17,601 nt of DNA from Pseudomonadota bacterium (GCA_043718025.1 JAYSWN010000224.1:1-17601); one strand, 5' to 3'; positions 7,721 through 15,906 are shown, counted from the stretch's first letter. Notes: a model not told the origin generated them from the letters alone. Numbers and translations: made by a program.

Positions 7721-8872
7721 TCAAAAGCCCGTTACATGGAACTTTCGTCTTTGCTTGTAACTTTTCCACGTTCGCTGAAAACTAGCATGCCCCATCCAGA
7801 CACTGATATTTTCAAACGATTGATTCTTAGAGAGCATCAAGTCGGAGAACCCCTTTCGGCCGGCATAAAGAGTGATTCCCGGACCAAAATACCTCCTCAT
7901 CGTTTGTGTGAGAGGACGTTTAAAATTGCCGGCCTCAATAATTCTAAGGGCGAAGTGCTGCTCATCAAAAAGTATTGGAATCGGCTTCCAGCGGTCGTCG
8001 GGCGGGACTCCAATTATTTTAGTTTGATAAACCCAAAGGATCTTTCTTCCGGTGGGTAAAACTTCAATCCTCCAAGACTCTTTCTTATGGAGTGAGTCCA
8101 CCTCGGTGGGTCGCAATCCAAACCACACCGATAAGAAAATCCAATTGAAATGGCGAAGGGGAAGCTTCCCCTTTCGTTTTTGGAGATCCAGCGGGGAGAT
8201 GGGCTTTGAAGCCCGGGCGACCCCCTTCTTTTCATAATTGGCATCAATTAGTCTCTGGCGTTCATAGCCGCGTGGCAGAGGGATGGGGAGAAAGGGCCGG
8301 GCGAGCTTTCTGGAAAAATAAAACCCCCAGAGGTTCGCCATTTTTATCACGGAAGATAAATATTTCAGGCTCATCTTCTGTTCAAAAAAATAGTCGTAAA
8401 TTTGATTCGTGAAGTAAAACCACTCAGAAGGTTCTACCGCCAAGGCGACGATCATTCTCTGGGTTGCGTTCCAAGTCACAAAGGCACGCGTCGTGCTTCT
8501 CAATCCCTGTTCGGTCTGGCTGTCTCTTTTACGGACGAAGCGGTTTTCAAATTCAGCGACAAACTCTGCCGGAAGAAAGGCATCGTACCGTTTGCGCGCC
8601 TCCCATTTGGCCAAGTCCATTTTTCTAAGCCGCTCCTCCTGTCGTCTTAGATACCGCTGGGCATTTAGTTGCTTCGCTCTCGATCTCGCTTCCGAAATCG
8701 TCATGAACCGATGAAACCCTAAGACCTGCCAGCGATGGGTTGCGATGTCCCACTCCCGCTTTGGTTTCAGCGCTTTCAAATCCCTAAAGTCAGAGTCCTT
8801 ATAGGAAACGAACTGTACCTTCCAGTTCGGAAGAGACTTCTTCCGCGACAAACTCCTGACGTAATAGCCCAT
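7721..8872 (-). CDS. Tyrosine recombinase/integrase with N-terminal arm-binding-like domain
   Basis: FGLRPTEV (R), YAGRK (H→Y, R), WMGH, terminal KSY; N-terminal LGF…MTISEARSRAKQL; AGGGAGG RBS before ATG 8872. Confidence 0.9.
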   Translation of the reverse strand: MGYYVRSLSRKKSLPNWKVQFVSYKDSDFRDLKALKPKREWDIATHRWQVLGFHRFMTISEARSRAKQLNAQRYLRRQEERLRKMDLAKWEARKRYDAFLPAEFVAEFENRFVRKRDSQTEQGLRSTTRAFVTWNATQRMIVALAVEPSEWFYFTNQIYDYFFEQKMSLKYLSSVIKMANLWGFYFSRKLARPFLPIPLPRGYERQRLIDANYEKKGVARASKPISPLDLQKRKGKLPLRHFNWIFLSVWFGLRPTEVDSLHKKESWRIEVLPTGRKILWVYQTKIIGVPPDDRWKPIPILFDEQHFALRIIEAGNFKRPLTQTMRRYFGPGITLYAGRKGFSDLMLSKNQSFENISVWMGHASFQRTWKSYKQRRKFHVTGF

Positions 8873-8994
8873 TTGACGCGATCCTCCCTTGAGTGTGAAT
8901 TCTCTTCGGAAAAACAAACGGGAGGCTAAAGCGTCTACCACGTCCGAATCGGACGGGGTTTTTCTTCATAAACGATGGGAAGTATTAAAAAGAA

Positions 8995-9156
8995 TGGCGG
9001 AGAGAGAGAGAAAACGAATCAGGCCAATTTTACAAATGGTTGTAATTTTGGCCTTTTATTAAAAAGTTCAAATCGTTAAGTCGCCTTTCAACTACCGCCC
9101 TTTACCGTCTATTACCGGGGTTTACTGGGGAGAAGTGGCCAGGTATTGGCCAGGAT
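8995..9156 (-). repeat. att-like repeat copy 3, ~120 bp upstream of the integrase start
   Basis: TGGCGGAGAGAGAGAGA…AGGCCAATTTTACAAATGGTTGTAATTTTGGCCT…TTACCG boxes…GTGGCCAGGTATTGGCCAGGAT. Confidence 0.9.
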
Positions 9157-9190
9157 GTCCGAGAGAGTTCACTAGAACATGGTTCTCCGT

Positions 9191-9871
9191 CTACGCAGAT
9201 ATCCTCAATACCTTTCGTGCGTCTGAATTTTCCAATGCTCTCCAATTCCGATAGGCGGTGTCGCGGGAACAACCAAGGATTCGGGCAACCTCTGCCGGGC
9301 CACCGGCTGAATTCGTTAGGTAAAGATAGGCGGTGTCAGCTCTAAAGTTCGGTCCCATTACTGCACGCAATCTTAGCCACGAATTGTTGTTAAGAATCCC
9401 ACGTAGACTTAAAATCTTTTTGCCGTCCTCAGGAGCCACCTTGGTGATATCGACTCCGAACTCGGCAAAGTCTTCGTCGGGCCCATACTTGGACACAAGA
9501 TACGGATCATTGAATTCCTTGGGGACTTGCAAACTAAGATTCTGATCCTGTAGCTCAACCTTCAAGTGCTCATACAAAAACTTCCACCGCCGATCCTGCC
9601 GGGCCAGCTTTTTGGCCACCACTGCAAGAACCACCTTTAGGTTGGGAGATAAGTCTTTTGATAGGGCCTTCAGTCGTTCGATGTGGATGAGTTCGGTCGT
9701 GGTGCCAAGCCAGGTAAGCAGCATCCTAAATAGTTTCCGATCCACGAAGAAAGACTGAAGAACGTCCACAATGGTTCTTTCGGGATCCGCGCTTTTCCTT
9801 GGTATTTTTCCATGAAAAGCAAATCCTAGGGACAAGAGATTGTCTTTGTTTGCTTCGTAAACGTTATTCAT
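9191..9871 (-). CDS. Hypothetical protein with C-terminal HTH, partner of the nucleotidyltransferase
   Basis: GPAEVARILGCSRDTAYRNW HTH; ADPERTIVD motif; 4-bp overlap with the upstream gene. Confidence 0.75.
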   Translation of the reverse strand: MNNVYEANKDNLLSLGFAFHGKIPRKSADPERTIVDVLQSFFVDRKLFRMLLTWLGTTTELIHIERLKALSKDLSPNLKVVLAVVAKKLARQDRRWKFLYEHLKVELQDQNLSLQVPKEFNDPYLVSKYGPDEDFAEFGVDITKVAPEDGKKILSLRGILNNNSWLRLRAVMGPNFRADTAYLYLTNSAGGPAEVARILGCSRDTAYRNWRALENSDARKVLRISA

Positions 9872-10398
9872 AGTTCAGCGTCTTTCCGTAGCCTAGAAAA
9901 ACAGGCCTGCACTCTTTGCGGCCATAGCGGAGAGGCATCCCGTTGCAAGACCCAGGGAAGTAACTTGTCCAGTTCACGCGTTGTTGGCTTCATTTTTACA
10001 ACGTCATCAAAGTCATCTTCGCGATCACAGAAGGCGTAGAGTTTGGTAGCTAATAAGTCCTCGCGGCTAAGAGCGAGAAGCTCCAGGCATCCGCCTTTAA
10101 AAATGGCTACGCAGCGGTCGCCCCAGCCTTTGGTTAAGTCCTTTGCCAAAGAGGCGGGGCCATCGTTCAACCAGTTTTCGGCAAGACCAAACTCTTCACC
10201 AATAACCTTCGCGATTTTTTTGAGGACAGGATCAATTTTCGGAGTGATGACGTCGATGTCGCGCGTTCGTCTGTCGATTACGTCCATTATGATTAACGCT
10301 CCACCGCCACACACAAAGAGACGCCTTTTCTCACCAAGCCTCGTGAATTCCTCATCTAAACGCCTTAAGACCGCTTCTTGATTATTGGGGCCTAACAT
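9868..10398 (-). CDS. DUF6036/AbiEii-like nucleotidyltransferase
   Basis: VCGGGAL…RRTRDIDV, WLNDG, LLATKLYA…REDDFDD motifs. Confidence 0.85.
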   Translation of the reverse strand: MLGPNNQEAVLRRLDEEFTRLGEKRRLFVCGGGALIIMDVIDRRTRDIDVITPKIDPVLKKIAKVIGEEFGLAENWLNDGPASLAKDLTKGWGDRCVAIFKGGCLELLALSREDLLATKLYAFCDREDDFDDVVKMKPTTRELDKLLPWVLQRDASPLWPQRVQACFSRLRKDAEL

Positions 10399-10404
10399 AT
10401 CCCT

Positions 10405-10448
10405 ATTATCGTGTATTATGTACGGATAATCAAGACAATATGTACGTA
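10405..10448 (-). promoter_or_regulatory. Putative leaderless promoter and operator of the NTase operon
   Basis: Minus strand TTGATT, 17 bp, GATAAT, 6 bp, ATG; repeated TATGTACG boxes and ATTATC…GATAAT inverted repeat. Confidence 0.55.
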
Positions 10449-10557
10449 TAAAACGGACAGTTTTTAGCTAAGCTTATGGATTCACAGCCGATCCAAAGGT
10501 AACGCTGGAGCAGGCGCGCCGGATCCAAGAGTTGGAAGCGGAGCTTGAGGACTACCA

Positions 10558-10598
10558 CCTTTTAGCTACCGCCCGTTACCGTCTATTGCTGGCGTTTT
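10558..10598 (-). repeat. Partial att-like repeat copy 4 (TTACCG-box segment only)
   Basis: ccttttagctaccgcccgttaccgtctattgctggcgtttt versus copy 2 cctttcaactaccgcccgttaccgtctattaccggcgtttt. Confidence 0.85.
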
Positions 10599-10915
10599 CG
10601 TAAAGAGAGTTTCACGGACCTTACACCGCGTAAGACGGAGTTTCGGGGCACTTATTGCCCGTACCTAGATTTATCGCTATTAGACGCTGGAAGGAAATGC
10701 CGCTTAATGGTGCCTATCCATTCAAAGCTGGGCGACTATTCGAAATTTTTAAAAATAATCCAAATCATAATTTTTCGGTTCTGCTTTCGAATCGGGATGA
10801 ACGTAGAACCCCATTCCGACTCTCTGAATGTGTTCAGAGGCACATAGACGGGTAATCGCAGATTTTGACCCTTGGTACGGCGAACGGGGCTACTTCCATT
10901 CATCCTATGGAAGCA

Positions 10916-10941
10916 GAAAGTTCGATACTCGTCCACTCTGC
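10916..10941. repeat. 26-bp exact direct repeat, copy 2
   Basis: Identical to 139-164. Confidence 0.9.
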
Positions 10942-11043
10942 TAATTTCGAAGCTCGTCTTCGCCTTGACTGCATGTCTTACTTCTGCGAGCGTCACGGCC
11001 TTTTACTTAGAGATCTTGCAAGATCTAAGTAGCTCGAGGGCAC

Positions 11044-11532
11044 GTGTTAGCAAGGGTTCTTCCTGCTCTGATGATTGCATTTAGTGCCTCGATGGCTCAC
11101 GCACACGACTGCGGAATATTCTATATGGGTTCCGGGGGCCATTTATTTGCTGGGGCACTCAAGGACCTTGCCCGTGCATTCCAGGCTGAAAATCCGGAAG
11201 CGCATGTCGAGACTCGTCATCATTGGGATGTGAGAGCCGTTCCAAGTTTTTGCAAAAACCCTTTGCTGGTAGGTCATTCGCTTGGGGCTATTCGTGCCGT
11301 GGAGATAGGCAACCAAACTGATCGTGGTCGCGTGATATCCATCGATCCACCAAGAGTTTCTTTATACAGCCGTTTGCCGACGGTGAATTTTTATAACAGT
11401 TTTTCCTTCCTGGGCGGCGGGACAGTCACAGGGAGTGCTCGCAACGTAAACCTTTCCTCCGAGTGCATCACGCACCTATTACTTGCGGGTAGTCGGACGG
11501 TCTATGAGGAAGTCCTAAGAACAGATAAATAG
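11044..11532 (+). CDS. Small secreted alpha/beta-hydrolase-fold protein
   Basis: Signal peptide (…SASMAHA); nucleophile elbow LVGHSLGA; VISIDP. Confidence 0.75.
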   Translation: MLARVLPALMIAFSASMAHAHDCGIFYMGSGGHLFAGALKDLARAFQAENPEAHVETRHHWDVRAVPSFCKNPLLVGHSLGAIRAVEIGNQTDRGRVISIDPPRVSLYSRLPTVNFYNSFSFLGGGTVTGSARNVNLSSECITHLLLAGSRTVYEEVLRTDK

Positions 11533-11616
11533 GAATCTTGGAAAAAGGTATCCGTATCGCAACGCACTCATCGAAAGTTAGGGGTGATTTGCATTTTTCC
11601 CTATAAAATTAAATTT

Positions 11617-11877
11617 ATGAGCTCACGATTCGTATTTATCGTAATGGCGTTAATCCTCGTGGTGGCGTGCGAGAATAAGAATCAAGCGTCAAAGGACCCG
11701 GCGGTCGACGGTGGCACTCGTTGCTTAAAGGGCATGGAAATGGATGGTAAATACATCCTGGCATGCGATGGCCAGAATCAGGCGCAAAAGGTTTCGGTGG
11801 AGTGCTTTAACAAAACCTCGCAAACCGAAGAGACCACCCTTGGGCAGCTCCGAAGCAACGGATGCCTCGCTGATTGA
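11617..11877 (+). CDS. Putative lipoprotein
   Basis: MSSRFVFIVMALILVVAC lipobox-like sequence; four further Cys. Confidence 0.65.
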   Translation: MSSRFVFIVMALILVVACENKNQASKDPAVDGGTRCLKGMEMDGKYILACDGQNQAQKVSVECFNKTSQTEETTLGQLRSNGCLAD

Positions 11878-11942
11878 GATTTTCTCTCCGTCTTCGTGTA
11901 CGGCGGAATCGACTCGCTCCCGCGGAGTGATTAGATTCGGCA

Positions 11943-12503
11943 TCAAAGCACTGTTTTACCTTCAGCTAACATGGCTACAATTCTCTCTACCCAACGGGCT
12001 CGTGTTTCCGGTTTCTTCGCATTTTGCAGCCGGTAGGTAATGGAATAAAGATTTGCCTTATTCAGCGTAGTAAAAAAGGTGGCCGCCTTTTTATTCTTTT
12101 TCAGCTCCGCTAAAAAATCTTTCGGCGGGGTGGAGTTACGGGGGGAGTCGTAGGCCATTTCCCAACGCCCATCCTTTTTCGCCCTTTCCACTTCGGTTAA
12201 GCCCGCGGGCATCATCACCCCCGCCTTGGTGAGGCGTTCGATGTGGCCGGTATTGATCTTGGACCACTTCCCTTTAGGCCTGCGGGGCGTGAATCGATTC
12301 GTATAGCTTAGTTCATCGACGCTCTTCTTAATTCCGTCGATCCAGCCAAAACACAGCGCCTCGTCTAAGGCCTGGGCATAAGTAATCCCAACCTTTGCCG
12401 AGCCTTGCTTGTAAAAGCCAATCCAAACCTCTTTGATCTTAGCGCCGTTTTTCTCAAACCACTGTCTAAGGTCCGCTTGATTCTTAAAATACTGAATCTT
12501 CAT
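11943..12503 (-). CDS. YdeI/OmpD-associated family protein
   Basis: ALDEALCFGWIDG, FTPRRPKGKWSKIN, AKKPETRARW. Confidence 0.93.
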   Translation of the reverse strand: MKIQYFKNQADLRQWFEKNGAKIKEVWIGFYKQGSAKVGITYAQALDEALCFGWIDGIKKSVDELSYTNRFTPRRPKGKWSKINTGHIERLTKAGVMMPAGLTEVERAKKDGRWEMAYDSPRNSTPPKDFLAELKKNKKAATFFTTLNKANLYSITYRLQNAKKPETRARWVERIVAMLAEGKTVL

Positions 12504-12541
12504 CGTCGTTTCAGCTACTCCTCTACTCTTTCATCACGCTC

Positions 12542-12603
12542 AAAAAGGTATCCGTTACAAACTAAGGAAGAAAGAACTCTTAAAATGTAACGGGTACCTT
12601 TTT
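12542..12603. repeat. REP-like inverted repeat doublet (18-bp arms, 17/18 match, 26-bp spacer)
   Basis: AAAAAGGTATCCGTTACA…TGTAACGGGTACCTTTTT; 14-bp related copy at 11542-11555. Confidence 0.8.
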
Positions 12604-12646
12604 CAATCTTGGCCCACAACTTCCGACGCTTTGAGCCCACCCTGCG

Positions 12647-13777
12647 TTATTGGTCTGGTTTGGCGCTGTCGTGGCCCTTGCGGCCGCCCATTTGGATCGG
12701 GGAATCGGTTGCCGCTGTCGCAGCGAGGGCTTGGTACGTTTGAATCGCGCGTCGGATGAGGTCGCGCGTGCCTTCACGAAGGGCGTCGCTCTGTTCGACT
12801 ACCCTCACGTTGCGTTCCATATTTTCGGCGCTCCAACCCAACGAATGCGCTACGTAGGGGAATGGCGGAAGCACAAAGCCTAATTCCGAAAAGAACCCCA
12901 ACATCTGTCCCGCGACCGACTGAATATTGTCTTGACCACCCGTGATGACAAAGGCCACCACTTTATTTTTGATCAGCACTTTATTATGGGTGGTGATGTA
13001 GTTCTGGACGCAGTTCAGCCGCTCGGCCATTTTGTAATAGAGCGAACTCGCCGAGCCCCAACGGATGGGGGTTGCAATAATCAGCACGTCCGCCCAGTGC
13101 ACCAGCGCTTCGTAAACCTGATCGAGCTGATCCTTCTCGTCCATCTGCGTGATGGAGCAGGGCCACGAGCAGGCGCGGGCGTGCTTGGAATAAAAACCCT
13201 CGCAGTGGCGGAAGTTGAGCTGGCGCAGTTTGATTAACTTGGTCTCGGCTTTCAAACTGCCCTGCGCGCAGTTTAGTCCGTACTCGAGCAACATCTCGGA
13301 AGTGGAGACACGCGGGTGGGCATTATCCATGACCGTAGTGGAGATACCGGCGATTCGCACCGGCCCCGGTTCGCGTTCCACCGCGCGGGCGAGCGCGTGC
13401 GGCGGATGGGGCAGACGCGTGCGCTTGGAGACCGCCTCACGGCTCACGAGTACGTGATGGTTCTCGATCTTTACCGTGTGGTGGGGAACGTGATCCGCCT
13501 CGTAACCCGGCTCGCCATCGCCGGTGGTGCGGTGAAATTTCCAGTAGTGCCAGGGACAAACGACGTAGTCGCCGTCTAAAGTTCCCTTACCGAGCGGTCC
13601 CGCCAGGTGGTTGCAAATCCCCGAGATGGCGCCGAAGGTTCCGTTGCGGTACGAGACGGCGAGCCGCACTCCAAGCTGCACAATCTCGGTGAGCGGGCTG
13701 CTCTCGAGCTTCTTCTTCAACTCATCCGCGGGACCTAAGTCCAACCACTCCACTTTCGATGCCGTCATAAGGGACAT
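12647..13777 (-). CDS. Rieske [2Fe-2S] + flavodoxin-like (NADPH-dependent FMN reductase / iron-sulfur flavoprotein) fusion
   Basis: CNH…CPWH Rieske motif; ADVLIIATPIRWG flavodoxin motif; start at 13777 or 13768. Confidence 0.9.
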   Translation of the reverse strand: MSLMTASKVEWLDLGPADELKKKLESSPLTEIVQLGVRLAVSYRNGTFGAISGICNHLAGPLGKGTLDGDYVVCPWHYWKFHRTTGDGEPGYEADHVPHHTVKIENHHVLVSREAVSKRTRLPHPPHALARAVEREPGPVRIAGISTTVMDNAHPRVSTSEMLLEYGLNCAQGSLKAETKLIKLRQLNFRHCEGFYSKHARACSWPCSITQMDEKDQLDQVYEALVHWADVLIIATPIRWGSASSLYYKMAERLNCVQNYITTHNKVLIKNKVVAFVITGGQDNIQSVAGQMLGFFSELGFVLPPFPYVAHSLGWSAENMERNVRVVEQSDALREGTRDLIRRAIQTYQALAATAATDSPIQMGGRKGHDSAKPDQ

Positions 13778-13886
13778 TGTATGTGGTGCCGAGGCGATGG
13801 CAACCACAACGCATGACGCCGGAGTCGCCGTTCGGGGAGGTTAAATTTTTCTGGCCCTTCGCTTGTTCAATTACTACGCTTAGCGC

Positions 13887-14327
13887 ATGCAGTTTTTTCT
13901 AACGCGCTTTCTCGGACGTGCGGTCGATTTTGCAAAAAAATCTACGCTGCTGGAAATCTATACCGATGGCAGTAGTAAAGCCGGAATCGGAACCTGGGCT
14001 TTTGTTATTTCTGAACCGGGAAAATGCGCTATCGAAAAATCGGGTCGCGTGCGGCGCGCGAATAGCAATGTCATGGAGTTTCGAGCGGCTATCGAAGCGC
14101 TGAGTTCTATTCCTTTAAACTCAAAAGGTACCTTATTTTCAGATTCAAGAATATTGATAGATGCAATGAGATTTGGAAAAGGGCCACGTGCCTATCAAAC
14201 TCAAATCGATACCCTGATGTGCTTTAGCCATAAACATACAATCGCGTGGCAGTGGATAAAAGCGCATAGCGCTAACAAATTTAATGAACGCTGTGATGAA
14301 CTTTGTAGGTTGGCTCGCGGTACTTAG
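13887..14327 (+). CDS. rnhA: Ribonuclease HI
   Basis: IYTDGSS, NVMEFRAAIEAL, FSDSR, WIKAHS, NERCDEL catalytic motifs; appears to lack the basic protrusion. Confidence 0.9.
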   Translation: MQFFLTRFLGRAVDFAKKSTLLEIYTDGSSKAGIGTWAFVISEPGKCAIEKSGRVRRANSNVMEFRAAIEALSSIPLNSKGTLFSDSRILIDAMRFGKGPRAYQTQIDTLMCFSHKHTIAWQWIKAHSANKFNERCDELCRLARGT

Positions 14328-14388
14328 CCCGGCCACGAGAGTTGAGAGTGCGATGTCTTCGCTTTCCAACCAACCGTTGCTCGCCGCT

Positions 14389-15225
14389 TTACCGCGCCGG
14401 TGGCACTACCTTCCCATCCCTAAAAGAAGCCGAATAGGTCACTCCCGCTGATGTGATGGCTCGAATCGTCACTAAAACACCGGGAAATTCAGTGGATAAA
14501 AGCACTCCCGTTTGCAGATCCGGGGCGGACAACAGAGGCAACGCCATTCGGAATTGCTTCGGTTCCCCCTCCTGTGGCGGGATTAAATAGGAGGCAATCG
14601 GATGGACATGGTTCAACTCTATTTCTGTAGTCGGGGTTGCTTTGACAGCAGCTTTGAGCTGGGGAATTAGTTGCGGCGACACTTCAGTTTCCGTTCCGCG
14701 GACAACATTGCTCGTGGAAGCAACCTCTCGACCAAAAAAAAGGCGCAATTGCAGTGGCTCGTGGGGCTTTGAATCCAACGTTGCTTGCGCCAATAGTTGC
14801 TGTTCGTATTCTCCGTTACTCTCCATGAGATTAGAAACCTTCGCGCCAGGCGCGGTTACGTAGTCTTTTCCATCAATCGTTTGGAGTAACTTTAGTTGAG
14901 TGAGAATCGCTTTGGTTACGGAGCTATTCGGAAAATAGTAGACGGGAGCGCCTTTGCTCGGGAGCGGCGCGTTAATGCTTTTTTGGGAAATCGTGTTTTT
15001 CCAAAGCGCTTCGCTTGGCATGGAGTTCTCTACCCATTTGTAATCGGTGACTGGCGGGTACTTTATCCAGAAAGCGAGTTTTCTGAATGAGCGGCTACAA
15101 AATGCCTGCACGTGACTCGCAGCCGTAATTTCCGGAATTATAAAGTCAGCAGAAACGGCCGCACTTGTAAAAAAAAGAAATCCCACGCAGCAGAGAATTT
15201 TGAGGGCCCGCTTCGGCATTTGCAT
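14389..15225 (-). CDS. Secreted hypothetical protein with a JAB/MPN-like motif
   Basis: Signal peptide (…AAVSA); E…HVHP…LSAPD. Confidence 0.6.
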   Translation of the reverse strand: MQMPKRALKILCCVGFLFFTSAAVSADFIIPEITAASHVQAFCSRSFRKLAFWIKYPPVTDYKWVENSMPSEALWKNTISQKSINAPLPSKGAPVYYFPNSSVTKAILTQLKLLQTIDGKDYVTAPGAKVSNLMESNGEYEQQLLAQATLDSKPHEPLQLRLFFGREVASTSNVVRGTETEVSPQLIPQLKAAVKATPTTEIELNHVHPIASYLIPPQEGEPKQFRMALPLLSAPDLQTGVLLSTEFPGVLVTIRAITSAGVTYSASFRDGKVVPPAR

Positions 15226-15320
15226 AGCGTACCATATCCGAAGTTAATCGACGGGAAGTCTCGGTTACCCCAGACAGGTGTCAGCGAAACTTTCTGCAAT
15301 TTAAGGTAAAATGTAGCTAT

Positions 15321-15875
15321 ATGAAAACAGCCCTTGCCTGCCTCGCAATATCCACGGTTGTCTTTGCTTCGTCGGCCCCCACTACGGTTCCCCTCTTCAC
15401 GATCAAGAGAACTGAAAATGCCAACGAGCTGCATTACGAAGCACGCCTTAACCCGAAAGGCCTAGCCACCAAAGATCCCATTGAGGTCTACTGGCTGATG
15501 AAGGCCGAGAACGGGCACCGGGAAGATCTCAATGAAATCGAAAAAAAAATGGTCTACGGAATAAAGGTGGTTAAGGCTACTCCCGCGGAAGTGACCTTTG
15601 CTTTGCGACCCGTCAAGGGGCGCCAGATTGTCGTGCGTCGACAAGGTACCACCGGAGCCTACGGGGCAAAGGCCTTTATGACGATAAACAATAAGGAGCA
15701 GGAGCTAGAGCGGCTTTACATCACCACCGAATCGTCCAATATTTTTCCGAAGGTGCTCAAAGTCGAAATTTTTGCTCGGCCCGGCGTCAACGGTATCGCC
15801 GACACCGAGACCTTTTTTCCGCCGGAGCGGGCTAGGGCCAGCACCGCCTCACCCGAAAACAAACAAAAACCGTAG
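15321..15875 (+). CDS. DUF4833-family secreted protein
   Basis: LFTIKRTENANELHYE…PIEVYWLM…REDLNEIEKKMVYG; signal peptide. Confidence 0.8.
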   Translation: MKTALACLAISTVVFASSAPTTVPLFTIKRTENANELHYEARLNPKGLATKDPIEVYWLMKAENGHREDLNEIEKKMVYGIKVVKATPAEVTFALRPVKGRQIVVRRQGTTGAYGAKAFMTINNKEQELERLYITTESSNIFPKVLKVEIFARPGVNGIADTETFFPPERARASTASPENKQKP

Positions 15876-15906
15876 CTCGATGGGTTCACGACACCCATGC
15901 TTGGAT

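Larger units (their letters stand above)
3829..10598 (-). mobile_element. Tandem tRNA-Ser-targeting genomic island(s) / att-delimited cassette array
   Basis: Integrase next to a tRNA 3' fragment, 3.5 att-like repeats, TA-like cargo; right boundary uncertain. Confidence 0.7.

Noticed and set aside
8995..9090. Intact tRNA-Ser gene
   Set aside because: Similarity ends at the T-loop; no TTCGA loop, anticodon arm or D arm follows in any copy
3829..9156. CRISPR array
   Set aside because: Repeats are ~150-160 bp with kb-scale gene-containing intervals; no cas genes
3829..9156. Classical integron with attC sites
   Set aside because: Repeats are not full-length hairpins with RYYYAAC/GTTRRRY ends, they carry tRNA 3' ends, and the integrase does not resemble IntI
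10655..11084. Short ORFs 10655-10855, 10736-10996 and 10872-11084
   Set aside because: Mutually overlapping, no RBS or motifs; the region contains the 26-bp repeat and looks intergenic
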